A stretch of DNA of 64,000 nucleotides from an uncultured Planctomycetota bacterium (GTDB lineage Bacteria > Planctomycetota > Planctomycetia > Pirellulales > Pirellulaceae), in NCBI GenBank assembly GCA_963700515.1, contig CAVOXY010000056.1:11198-75197 (forward strand), in the 5' to 3' direction. The notes beneath the pieces were generated by a model. The model saw nothing but the letters and a program-made list of their open reading frames with translations, was not told the DNA's origin and did not search any database. Shown one piece after another: positions 41,785-51,870 of this stretch. Made by a program: the position numbers and the translations under genes. Position 1 is the first letter of the stretch, and each line of letters begins with the position of its first letter.

Positions 41785-42165
41785 ATGGATCGCGATACGT
41801 CTCAATCGCCCGAAAACCGCTGGCGGCCTCTCTTGCGGCGTGCCGATCAGGCAACCGTGGCGGTACTCATGGGCGGTTGTTTCTGCGCCCTACTGCTGCA
41901 CTGGATCTGGCAACTCACTTTTCGTTCGGCCCTGATCGACATCGATCGAGCTGAACCCCTTGCAGTGCAATTCCAGATCCAGATAAACCAGGCCGACTGG
42001 CCCGAGTTTACTCTGTTGCCGGGGATCGGTGAAACGTTGGCTCGACGAATTGTCGAGTATCGCACACGCCACGGCCACTTTCGATCGATCGAGCAATTGG
42101 AGCGAGTCAAAGGGATCGGTCCCAAGACCATGCGGCGGATCGGGCCGTATTTGCGGGTGGATTGA
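41785..42165 (+). CDS. ComEA-family helix-hairpin-helix DNA-binding protein
   Basis: GGGAGA lies upstream of the ATG at 41785. One TM helix, then LLPGIGETLARRIVEYRTRHGHFRSIEQLERVKGIGPKTMRRI (HhH pair). Confidence 0.75.
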   Translation: MDRDTSQSPENRWRPLLRRADQATVAVLMGGCFCALLLHWIWQLTFRSALIDIDRAEPLAVQFQIQINQADWPEFTLLPGIGETLARRIVEYRTRHGHFRSIEQLERVKGIGPKTMRRIGPYLRVD

Positions 42166-42215
42166 GGTCATTTGTCGTTCGTTAATAGTTGCTCGTTACT
42201 GGAGAGGGAGCGAAA

Positions 42216-42629
42216 ATGGCGACCAAAGGATTTGAGAATTTGCGGGTGTATCAGATGGCTGAAGATTTAGCGGATACGATATGGGAGTTAGTTTGTCGAT
42301 GGGATCGGCTGGCAAAGGACACGATTGGCAGGCAGTTGATCCGAGCGACCGATAGCATTGGGGCCAATATTGCCGAGGGGAGTGGCCGTGGCACATACCC
42401 GGACAATCGCAGGTTCGTACGGGTGGCACGCGGTTCTTTGTACGAAACGCGACATTGGCTGCGCCGCGCATTTCGACGAGGACTATTGAGCTGCGAACAG
42501 ACCGCCGTATTGAAACCACTAATTGACGAACTCAGCCCAAAACTAAACGCCTACCTCAACTCAATCGGCAAGAAACAAGAACCAAGGGCTAACGAAAAAG
42601 AATCAAAGAAGAAGGAACACGACCAATGA
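42216..42629 (+). CDS. Four-helix-bundle protein (23S rRNA intervening-sequence protein / Avd-like family)
   Basis: GAGGGAG lies upstream of the ATG at 42216. FENLRVYQMAEDLADTIWELV...IGRQLIRATDSIGANIAEGSGRGTYPDNRRFVRVARGSLYETRHWL is the family signature. The stop TGA is inside the GACCAAT array. Confidence 0.8.
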   Translation: MATKGFENLRVYQMAEDLADTIWELVCRWDRLAKDTIGRQLIRATDSIGANIAEGSGRGTYPDNRRFVRVARGSLYETRHWLRRAFRRGLLSCEQTAVLKPLIDELSPKLNAYLNSIGKKQEPRANEKESKKKEHDQ

Positions 42630-42646
42630 CCAATGACCAATGACAA
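42621..42646. repeat. Heptamer array (GACCAAT)x3.5
   Basis: It fills the whole 10-nt gap between the upstream stop (42627-42629) and the nadC ATG (42640), and supplies both codons. Confidence 0.9.
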
Positions 42647-43587
42647 GGGACATTCATGTGACGAGCGACTTTCACCAGATTCAGTGGGATGCGGTGCTGG
42701 AGGACGATTGTCGTCAGTTGGTTCGGCTGGCGGTTCGCGAGGACCTGGACCGACGCTTTGACGTGACCACCTTGGCGCTGGTGGAGCGCGACGTGCGCGG
42801 AGCGGCGGTGGTCATGGCGCGGCAGCCGGGCATCGTGTGCGGGCTGCGGGCCGCTGAGTTGGTGTTGGACGAGATGGAGATCTCCGCCCTCTGGCAGCCA
42901 CACGTCGCGGACGGCGATGCGGTCTCGGCTCCCCAGCCGCTCGCCACGCTCTCCGGATCGGCGCGGGATCTGCTCACCGCCGAGCGACTGCTACTGAATC
43001 TGATGGGACGACTCTCGGGGATCGCGACGCTCACGCGCCAATATGTCGACTTGGTGGCGGGCAGCGGAGCGCGGATCTACGACACGCGGAAGACCACCCC
43101 CGGCTGGCGTCGGCTGGAAAAATATGCGGTCCGTTGCGGCGGTGGCTGCAATCATCGCACGGGCCTGTTTGACGCGGTATTGATCAAGGACAACCATCTG
43201 GCACTGGCGGCCGAGCACACAGCCGCGACTCTGTCCCCCGCCGACGCCGTCCGGAAAGCGCGTCAGCGGCTCGCTGAAATGCTGCCCGAGGACACCGGCA
43301 AGATGATTGTGGAGGTGGAAGTGGACACGCTGGCGCAGCTCGACCAGGCGCTCACTCAGCAGCCCGACATTGTGTTGTTGGACAACATGACTCTCGCCCA
43401 ACTGCTCGACGCAGTCGCTCGTCGCGATCGAGCGGGCGTGGTCACGCAGTTGGAGGCGTCCGGAGGAGTCAACCTGCAAACGGTGCGTGCCATCGCGCAG
43501 ACGGGAGTCGAACGGATCAGCGTCGGCGCCCTCACCCACTCGGCCATTTCGCTCGACGTGGCACTCGACTGGAAATCGCCCAACTGA
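42640..43587 (+). CDS. nadC: Nicotinate-nucleotide diphosphorylase (carboxylating) / quinolinate phosphoribosyltransferase
   Basis: 315 aa. YDTRKTTPGWRRLEKYAVRCGGGCNHRTGLFDAVLIKDNHLA and VEVEVDTLAQLDQAL...DIVLLDNM...LEASGGV are NadC blocks. Confidence 0.9.
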   Translation: MTRDIHVTSDFHQIQWDAVLEDDCRQLVRLAVREDLDRRFDVTTLALVERDVRGAAVVMARQPGIVCGLRAAELVLDEMEISALWQPHVADGDAVSAPQPLATLSGSARDLLTAERLLLNLMGRLSGIATLTRQYVDLVAGSGARIYDTRKTTPGWRRLEKYAVRCGGGCNHRTGLFDAVLIKDNHLALAAEHTAATLSPADAVRKARQRLAEMLPEDTGKMIVEVEVDTLAQLDQALTQQPDIVLLDNMTLAQLLDAVARRDRAGVVTQLEASGGVNLQTVRAIAQTGVERISVGALTHSAISLDVALDWKSPN

Positions 43588-43684
43588 GATCTTCTGGCGC
43601 GGCCCAGCAGCCGGACGGTCTAAATTCTGGTCAGCAGAAATCGTTTCCAGGATCACGAAAAGCGAACCCGTGATGGGAGGCCTG

Positions 43685-43741
43685 CTACTCACTACTCACT
43701 ACTCACTACTCACTACTCACTACTCACTACTCACTACTCAC
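43685..43741. repeat. Heptamer array (CTACTCA)x8
   Basis: Read directly. Its reverse complement is the GTGAGTA family seen at 46931. Confidence 0.95.
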
Positions 43742-44298
43742 CCCCTGGCACGCCTTACCTGGTGAAAACAAAGGCACCGTGCACTGCACACGGCAAAAGC
43801 GTTACAACCGTTAAACTCTTCCTGACCGGCCATCTCCGTGCAGTGGCCGCAGATCTCGTCTGGCGGTCCTACAACAGGACCAATCATCTTGCACGGCATA
43901 GATGTTACGTCACTCACACAAGTGAGAATCGAAACATCCGGCAAATCCGGCTAACGTGATTTCCCCGTCACATTCGATACATTCAGTAAGCGACGGTGCG
44001 TGGGCAGCGTCGTGGCACGCGATTTTCCCCACCAGACCTTCACACCTTCCGAGGCGGCAGGACCGCCAGCCCAGTTGGGAACAAAACGCCAATGCGCCGC
44101 CCCCGTCGGTCGCGACCGCGACTGGCGTGTACGGAGCACGCATGTTTTCCATAAAGACACGGGGTCGGACCTCGCACCAGTTACCAATGACGAGCTACCG
44201 CTCGAACTTCATTGGACCGCCCCCGTTGGTCGCTCGAACCCGACTCACAGCAACACGTTTTTCCCCATCAGCAGACTAATTGTTCCGGACAACAACCC

Positions 44299-46939
44299 AT
44301 GAGAATACCGGCGATCATGTCTTCTCGGTGTATGTGGCTGATCTATGTTTCCGTGCTCGTCAGCCTTGTTATCCAAACAGGTTGCAGTCGACGCCGCTTT
44401 CGCCTGGCAGCCGACGACCAGGCACAGGAGTTGATTGCCGAGAAGGGTGCCATGTGCCCGGATTGGGCGCTGCGCGACTGGAGCGTCTATGGTGACCAGC
44501 GCAGTCGCTACTACGACAACTGCAACCCCGACGGTCCTCCGATGCCACCCGACGACCCGTTGTCCCACGAGTTCATGTGCGAAGTGGATGGCATGAAGGG
44601 CTGGAAGCACTGGAACGACTTCGGCGTGCGCAGCCAGTTGGACAATAAGCGTTGGCGCGAACAGCTCGTGCAGTACGCCGAGTTCAACGAGAAGGACGAA
44701 GTGGTGCTGGATATTAACTCGGCACTTCAGCTGGCCCTGATCCATTCGCCATCGTACCAGCAGCAACTCGAAACCATTTACTTATCGGCGCTGGACGTCA
44801 GTACGGAACGGTTTCGGTTTGAAGTCCAGTTCTTTGGCGGCAACGGCACGCGTTTCACGCACGAGGGACGACTCGTCGGTAATCCTCTGCCGTCGAACCG
44901 CGGAGTGGGACTTGGTGGGACGCGGAACACGTCGAGCGGCGAGCGGAACTTGTTGCGCAACTCGTCCGACGTCTGGATGGAAAAGCAGTTCGCGACAGCC
45001 GGCGAGTTGGCGGTTGGGTTTGCCAACTCGATCGTGTGGACGTTTGCCGGCCCCGATACCAATGCCACCGGCTCCCTGCTCAATGCCAACCTGGTCCAAC
45101 CGTTGCTGCGCGGAGCGGGCCGGGACGTGGCGTTGGAACAGCTGACGATTGTCGAGCGGGCCTTGCTGGCCAACCTCCGCGCGTACCAGCGTTATCGCCA
45201 CGGATTCTATACGCAAGTGGCGGTCGGAGAACTGGGTGTCTCCGGCCCGTCGCGCCGTGGCGGCTTCTTCGGCGGCACGGGCTTGACCGGTTTCACGGGC
45301 CAAGGCTCCGGCGGTCTGGGTGGTGTCGGCTCGGCGACCGGCTTCGGCCGCTCCGGGTTCAGTACCGGCGGTACGGGAGGCGGCACGGGTGGCGGGACAG
45401 GCCTGGCAGGCGGTGGTGCCGGGATCGTGGGCGGCTTCATCGGACTGCTGCAGCGGCTGCAGGAGATCCGCAACACCGAAGACAGTCTCGCCCTGCAATT
45501 GAACCAGCTCGCCAAGTTGGAAGCCTACCACAGGGCGGGTTTGATCACGCTGATCCAAGTCGACAACTTGCGGCAGAACGTCGAGACCGAGCGGGCCAAT
45601 CTGCTGCAGTCGCAAAATGCTTTCGAAGCCACCCTCGATTCGTTCAATACCAACACCATGGGGCTCCCCCCCGATCTTCCCGTGGCGCTGAACGACAGTC
45701 TGATTCGCCAATTCCAGTTCCTCGATCCACGCGTCACTACGATGTCTCGCGAGTTGTCGATCTTGCGGTCGTCCGTGGGCGACCTCCCGGCCACGCCCAG
45801 CATCGAACAGCTGACGACCGCCGTCGCAACCGCCCGCGGTATCGAACAGAAGTTGGGGAATCACTTCGACAATATTCATGACGACTATGCCACGCTCGAC
45901 CAGCGGACCCCCGCGCGATTCACCACCTTGCCGCCAACGGAAGTCGAACGGTTACAGAGCGAAATGCAACAAGAAACGCGAGAAGCTGGCCGAAATCGAG
46001 TCCCGCTACGCGCGCTTCAAAGAAGAACTCGACGCCATCAACGACGGAGTGACCCCGGACAACGTTACCGAGTCACTCGGGACATTGGTGGAGTGGCTTG
46101 GCGCATTCGACCGGCTGATCGAGGAAGCATCGCTGGTCCAGGCCCGAGCGCGACTGGAGTCGGTCATTATGGAACCGATTCATCTGGCATCGCAAGAAGC
46201 GCTCCAGATCGCGCAAGCCAATCGGCTCGATGTGATGAACAACCGGGCGGCCCTCGTCGATTCGTGGCGATTGATCGCCTTCAACGCCGACGCGTTACAG
46301 TCCGACCTGACCGTGAATCTCGGTGGCGATATCAGCACCACCGGCAATAACCCACTCAAATTCCGCAGTCCCACCGGATCGATGCGAGCATCCCTGCAGA
46401 TCGACGCGCCCTTCACGCGACTGTTGGAACGTAACAACTATCGCCAGTCGCTGATCGACTATTCTCAAGATCGACGGCAGTATATCCAGTTCATGGACGG
46501 CATTCACCAGACGTTGCGGAACCTGCTGCGGAACCTGGAACAGCTGCAAACGAACCTGGAAATCCAACGCCGCGCGGTGGCCATCTCGATCCGCCGAGTG
46601 GACCTGACACGCGAGAACCTGTCGCAACCCCGACCACCGGCAGCACCCGGCGAACCTCCGGCCATGTTCGGCGATACGGCCGCCATGGACCTGCTCAACG
46701 CACTGTCCGATCTGCGTAATACCCAAAACAACTTCATGAGCGTCTGGTTGAACCATTACGCCACGCGGATGGTGCTCGAACGCGACCTCGGGATCATGGA
46801 ATTGGACGAAGACGGCCGCTGGATCGAACAACCCGGACGTTTGCCTCAGCCCAGCGATCTGGAGGACCTTGAACTGCCGCCACCGGTCCCCCAAAGCCTG
46901 ATCGAAGAACTCGACCACGCCGTTGCCGTTAGTGAGTAG
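44299..46939 (+). pseudogene. TolC-family outer membrane efflux protein with Gly-rich insert, one frameshift as read
   Basis: The ATG at 44299 gives lipoprotein-type signal LVSLVIQTGCS. SALQLALIHSPSYQQQLETIYLSALDVSTERFRF and LVQPLLRGAGRDVALEQL are in 44212..46350. ALQIAQANRLDVMNNRAALVDSWRL...LQIDAPFTRLLERNNY is in 45878..46939. The shift is near 45950-46000. Confidence 0.75.
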
Positions 46940-47013
46940 TGAGTAGTGAGTAGTGAGTAGTGAGTAGTGAGGAGTGAGTAGTGAGGAGTGAGGAGTGAGG
47001 AGTGAGGAGTGAG
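46931..47013. repeat. Heptamer array (GTGAGTA)x5 then (GTGAGGA)x5
   Basis: It begins at the last codons of the TolC-like gene. The stop TAG is part of the first unit. Confidence 0.95.
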
Positions 47014-47288
47014 GCTAGGCGATAACCATGTGCGCAAGTTTGTAGGACGGGGTCCCGTCCGCGCACGCACATAGGATCCCAAGCTACCCCATTTGGCGCT
47101 TCGGGGTTCTCACGGCTAAACCTAACGCGGCCTGCGGCCGCAACCAAAAAGGGTTTGAAAGCGTCCGGTTCTGCTGACTTGGTTCACCGGAATACCAGGG
47201 AATGCGCAATGCGGAATCAGCAGTAGCAAGTTCACGGTGCACGCTGTCGAAGTGTTCGCCACCCCATTGCACTTTCAACGCCATCTCT

Positions 47289-47755
47289 CATTCCGCACCC
47301 CGCACCCCGCACTCCGCACCCCACACCCCACACCCCACATTCCGCATTCCGCATTCCGCATTCCGCACTCCGCATTCCGCACTCCGCACTCCGCATTCCG
47401 CATTCCGCATTCCGCATTCCGCACCCCGCACCCCACACCCCACACCCCACACCCCACATTCCGCATTCCGCACTCCGCATTCCGCACCCCGCACTCCGCA
47501 CTCCGCACCCCGCATTCCGCACTCCGCACCCCGCACTCCGCACCCCGCACCCCGCACCCCGCACCCCGCATTCCGCACCCCGCACCCCGCACTCCGCACC
47601 CCGCACCCCGCACCCCGCACCCCGCACCCCGCACTCCGCACTCCGCACCCCGCACCCCGCACTCCGCACTCCGCACTCCGCACTCCGCATTCCGCATTCC
47701 GCACTCCAAACCCCGCACTCCGCATTCCGCACTCCGCATTCCGCATTCCGCATTC
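47289..47755. repeat. 467-bp heptamer array, about 66 units of CAYYCCR (CATTCCG, CACTCCG, CACCCCG, CACCCCA)
   Basis: Parsed unit by unit. The phase is kept except for one irregular stretch near 47706-47713. A short inverted partner AGGGAATGCGCAATGCGGAAT lies at 47198-47218. The long ORFs here (PHSAFRIPHSAF...) are repeat artefacts. Confidence 0.95.
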
Positions 47756-48384
47756 ATTACCGCAATATCAGTATCACCGCCCGGAAGGCACCCGCCCGGA
47801 AGGCACCCGCGGAAGCGCCCGCCAGATGCCGCCACCGACGCTCTCGGGTGTCTTACTTGGCGAGGGCCGATACTCCCGTGTGGAGCTCCGAGTAAGGGCG
47901 GCCATCCCAACGCTTTTCATCGCACACGGCTCGTTTCCCAACTGCAGCCGTCACCCAATTCGCTGCAGGATACGAGGTACTTGGCACATCCGTCCGAGCA
48001 GAATTCGGCAGACAGGGGGCGACATTCTGCTCCGGCGGTGGTTAAGATACAGGGGAAGATGAATGTGTGTTGTGCTGGCTCGCCGCAGCCCGAAGTCCCC
48101 GTTCGTGTGGGGGGGCAGGTGGCAGCGGGTCAGCGGCACCGGGGATGAATTCTGATTGCGATGGCCGCGAGCGGGTGCACGTAATCAAGTTCCGAGACTT
48201 CTCGCTGCTGTCCTCACCGTCGGGCGCAACGCCCCCTGGGGGGCCGTGGTGGCTGCGGTAGGTGCGAGGTCCCCTGCCATCCCACAGTCAACCCGTTCCC
48301 TTTGCGTACCGAGCGAGGCGGGGCCTTCTGTGGTTCCGGCAAGGGCATATTCCGAGGCAGCGATTTCTAAGGTAATGAGAAAAC

Positions 48385-50271
48385 ATGGCCAGTACGACTC
48401 AGCAACCACCCAGTTCAGCCAAAGTTCCCAGCGCAGGTCGAGGTCAAGTGGCGAGCGTTCGACGCCCCCCACCCTCGGAGAACTCCTGGGTAGCGCGTGT
48501 GATGGTGGTTGTGATCATCGTGGCCATTCTAGCTGGCGGAGCGTGGGGTACTGTTCACTTGATCGGCTCGCAGAGCCAGGACAAGGAATCGGCCATGCTC
48601 ACGGCACGAGTCGAGCGTGGCGAATTGTTGGTCACGGTTGTCGAAGACGGCAATTTGGAAAGCGCTGTCAACATCGACATCAAGTGCGAAGTGGCTGGCG
48701 GCACTTCCATCCTGTGGATTGTCGATGACGGCACGGAGGTGGAGAAGGGGGGGAAGATTGTGGAGCTCGATTCTGCCGCACTGGAAGAGTCGATCAATCA
48801 ACAGCGGATTGCTTACGAGAAGGCTCGGGCGGCGAAGATCCAAGCGGAGAAGGACTATGCGGCGGCGAAGCTGGCCGTCGACGAATACCTGCAAGGAACC
48901 TACGTGCAGGCGGTGCAGGACCAGGACGCTCAGATCACGATTTCGGAAGAGAATTTGCGGTCGGCTCAGAATGCGTTGGAACATTCCGAGCGGATGTTCC
49001 GCAAAGGCTACATCAGCGCCTTGGACCTGGAGAGCCAGAAGTTCTCGGTCCAACGAGCACAACTCGAATTAGACTCGGCACGCACAGCCAAGGACGTGCT
49101 GGTCAAGTTCACCAAGGAAAAAACCGTTCAGGAACTGGAAAGCAAACGCGACTCGTCGGAAGCGCAGATGCGGTCGGAAGGGGCGTCGTTTGATTTGGAG
49201 GAGTCGCGTCTGAAGCGACTCGAGGCACAGTTGGAAAAATGTGTCATCAAAGCTCCGGCAAGGCGGCATGGCGGTCTACGCGAACGAACAAGGGGGACGT
49301 TTCGGCGGGTCCCAGCAGCCTCAGATTGAAGAAGGAGCCATGGTTCGCGAGCGGCAGACGATCCTGCGACTTCCCGACTTGTCCAAGATGCAAGTCAAGG
49401 TGAACGTCCACGAATCGAAGGTGGAGATGCTGGGGGTCGCCTTGAAGGAGGCGCTGAAACGAGGTGAGGATCTGCGAGCGGTGATTCGGATCCTGGATCG
49501 TGAGCTGCTGGGCAAGCTGAGCAACATTGCCAATCAGCCGGAACCGTCCGGTTGGTGGACCGGCAACATCAAGGAGTATGCCACCACCATTTCGATCGAC
49601 GGCACGCCCGATGGCCTCCGCCCGGGCATGACGGCCGAGTGCGAGATTCTGGTGGAACATCTGGAGGACGTCCTGACCATCCCCGTCGCCGCCGTGGTCG
49701 AGCAGCGGGGCGGATACTTTGCCTGGATCAAGACGGCCGAAGTTCCGAACGTCGCCCGTTGGTGTTGGGGGCCACGAACGACCAGTTCGTGGAAGTGAAA
49801 GATGGCCTGGTGGAAGACATGGAAGTCATTCTGAACCCCCGTGCGATGATCCCGGAAGCGCGCGGCGTCAAAGACGCTGTGGAAGAAGTGAACGTCGATA
49901 AGAAGTTCGGTAAGGAACGGAAACGCGATGTCGAGGCCGAAGAGACTCCCGCAGCCGGCCCGGGAGGACCTGGTGCTGGTGGACCTGGGACCGGTGGACC
50001 TGGCGAGGCAACTCCTGGCGGTGCTGGTCCTGGTGCCGGCGGTCCGGAAGGACGGGGCAAACCGGGTGGTATGAACTTAATGCAACTCGACAAGGACGGG
50101 GACGGTAAGATTTCCAAGGACGAGGCCCCCGAACCGATGCAGCAGTACTTTGACATGATGGATGCCAACAAGGACGGGTTTATCGACCGGGCTGAAGCGA
50201 CGAAGGCGACGGCGATGCGGCGAGCTGCGGGCCAGGGTGGCGCTGGCGGTCCCGGCGGACCACCACAGTAG
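48385..50271 (+). pseudogene. HlyD/MacA-type periplasmic adaptor with C-terminal Gly/Pro linker and EF-hand pair, two frameshifts as read
   Basis: 48385..49329 has a TM helix, barrel-sandwich and coiled-coil regions. 49241..49798 has GMAVYANEQGG...LSKMQVKVNVHESKV...[24 protein letters not shown]. 49552..50271 has [18 protein letters not shown]..., then [14 protein letters not shown] and [14 protein letters not shown]. Confidence 0.75.
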
Positions 50272-50277
50272 CCTGGT

Positions 50278-50386
50278 ACTGGTCATTGGTCAGTCTGGTC
50301 ATTGGTCATTGGTCACTGGTCATTGGTCATTGGTCACTGGTCATTGGTCACTGCGTGCATTGAGTCATTGGTCATTGGTCATTGGC
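50278..50386. repeat. Heptamer array (CATTGGT/CACTGGT)n, arm 1
   Basis: Starts 7 nt after the adaptor stop. Confidence 0.95.
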
Positions 50387-50430
50387 ATGGTTCGGCTGAC
50401 TCAATACCAAGTGCATCCTCCGACCCTTAC

Positions 50431-50517
50431 AAATGACTAGTGACTAGTGACTAGTGACCAATGACTAGTGACAAATGACTAATGACTAGTGACTAATGAC
50501 TAGTGACCAACCACCAA
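50431..50517. repeat. Heptamer array (TGACTAG/TGACCAA/TGACTAA)n, arm 2
   Basis: Inverted relative to arm 1, with a 44-nt spacer. It ends 20 nt before the permease start. Confidence 0.95.
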
Positions 50518-50537
50518 TCTGACGCGGGATCGATAAC

Positions 50538-51867
50538 TTGTTCAAACGCATTCTTCTCACACTTCGCCTGGGGTTTAGCAGCCTGCTGCTTCACAAGCTC
50601 CGCTCGGGGCTCGCGGTGCTCGGTATTCTGATCGGCATCACGGCCGTGATCTGGCTCGTGGCGATGGGAGAAGGTGTCAGCTACCAGGCACAGCAACAGA
50701 TCAAGGATTTGGGTGCCAACAATATCATCGTCCGCAGCGTCAAGCCGGCGCAAACCTCGTCCAAGATGGGTAGTGCGCTCTTCATTCCGTACGGTGTTCT
50801 GCGCGACGACTATAAGCGCATCATCTCGAACATCCCGATTGTCGAGCAGGCCGTGCCGATGCGCGAGATCAAGCGCGAGGTGCGATCCGGTGCCAATGCC
50901 ACGGAAGTGCGACTGGTCGGCTGCACGCCCGAATACTACTCGCTCAATCATCTTTCGATGATGCGCGGCCGTTTCCTGGAGGACCGCGACAGCGATCCCC
51001 CGGACAACGTCTGCGTGATTGCCGAAGCGGCCGCCGAAAAACTGTTCGGATTTGAGAATCCGATTGGCCAGTCGATCCAGATCGATCGCGATTTCTATAC
51101 CGTCGTGGGCGAAACCGCGCGGCGCGACCCGACAGCAGCGATCGGGGGTAGCCTCGACTCGCAAGACTACAACATGGACGTCTACATTCCGCTGGAGACT
51201 TTGCGGTCTCGCATCGGAGACATGGTGTTGACCAGCCGATCGGGTAGCCGCGAAGGGGAAGTGGTGGAATTGAGTCAGATCACCGTGACGGTCGCCAACC
51301 TGGACCAGGTCGATCAGACCGCCGATATCATTCGCACGCTCGTCGAAAAATACCACCCCAACGAAGATGTGAAAGTGGTGGTTCCCAAAGAGCTGCTGCG
51401 GCAGGCTGAGTTGATGCGGATGTTGTTCAACTTCCTGTTGGTACTGATCGCAGGCATTTCGCTGGTCGTCGGCGGTATCGGCATCATGAACATCATGCTG
51501 GCTACGGTCACCGAACGAACGCGCGAGATCGGGATTCGCCGAGCGTTGGGTGCCACGCGGCGAGCGATCATTTACCAGTTCCTCGTGGAGGCCGTCGTAC
51601 TGACCGGCGTGGGGGGCAGCATTGGGAGTCGGATTCGGATTCCTGGTCGGGCCGGCAGTCAACCTGACTCGCCGAGCGGCAATTGGCATGTTCCCTGACG
51701 TCATGTCCAGCTTGCCCCCAACCATGATGCAACTCGAACCGCGCATCGCCAGCTGGTCCATCATCGCCTCGCTACTGATCTCTTTCGCCGTCGGCCTGGT
51801 CTTTGGACTCTACCCCGCTCGCCGAGCCGCCATGATGGACCCGATCGAAGCGCTGCGCCACGAGTAG
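50538..51867 (+). pseudogene. MacB-like ABC transporter permease (MacB_PCD + FtsX domains), one frameshift as read
   Basis: [29 protein letters not shown]...ANNIIVRS (N-terminus) and [43 protein letters not shown] (FtsX). The tail is in ORF 51622..51867. TTG start as tracked. No ATPase gene is adjacent. Confidence 0.8.
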
Positions 51868-51870
51868 GTG

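Noticed and set aside
42216-43587. Diversity-generating retroelement suggested by the Avd-like four-helix-bundle gene
   Set aside because: There is no reverse transcriptase, template repeat or variable repeat in the window. The neighbouring gene is nadC.
47202-48148. ORFs of 286, 303, 211, 173 and 152 aa encoding PHSAFRIPHSAF / RNAECGMRSAECG repeats
   Set aside because: They are direct translations of the CAYYCCR heptamer array in all frames and on both strands. They are not genes.
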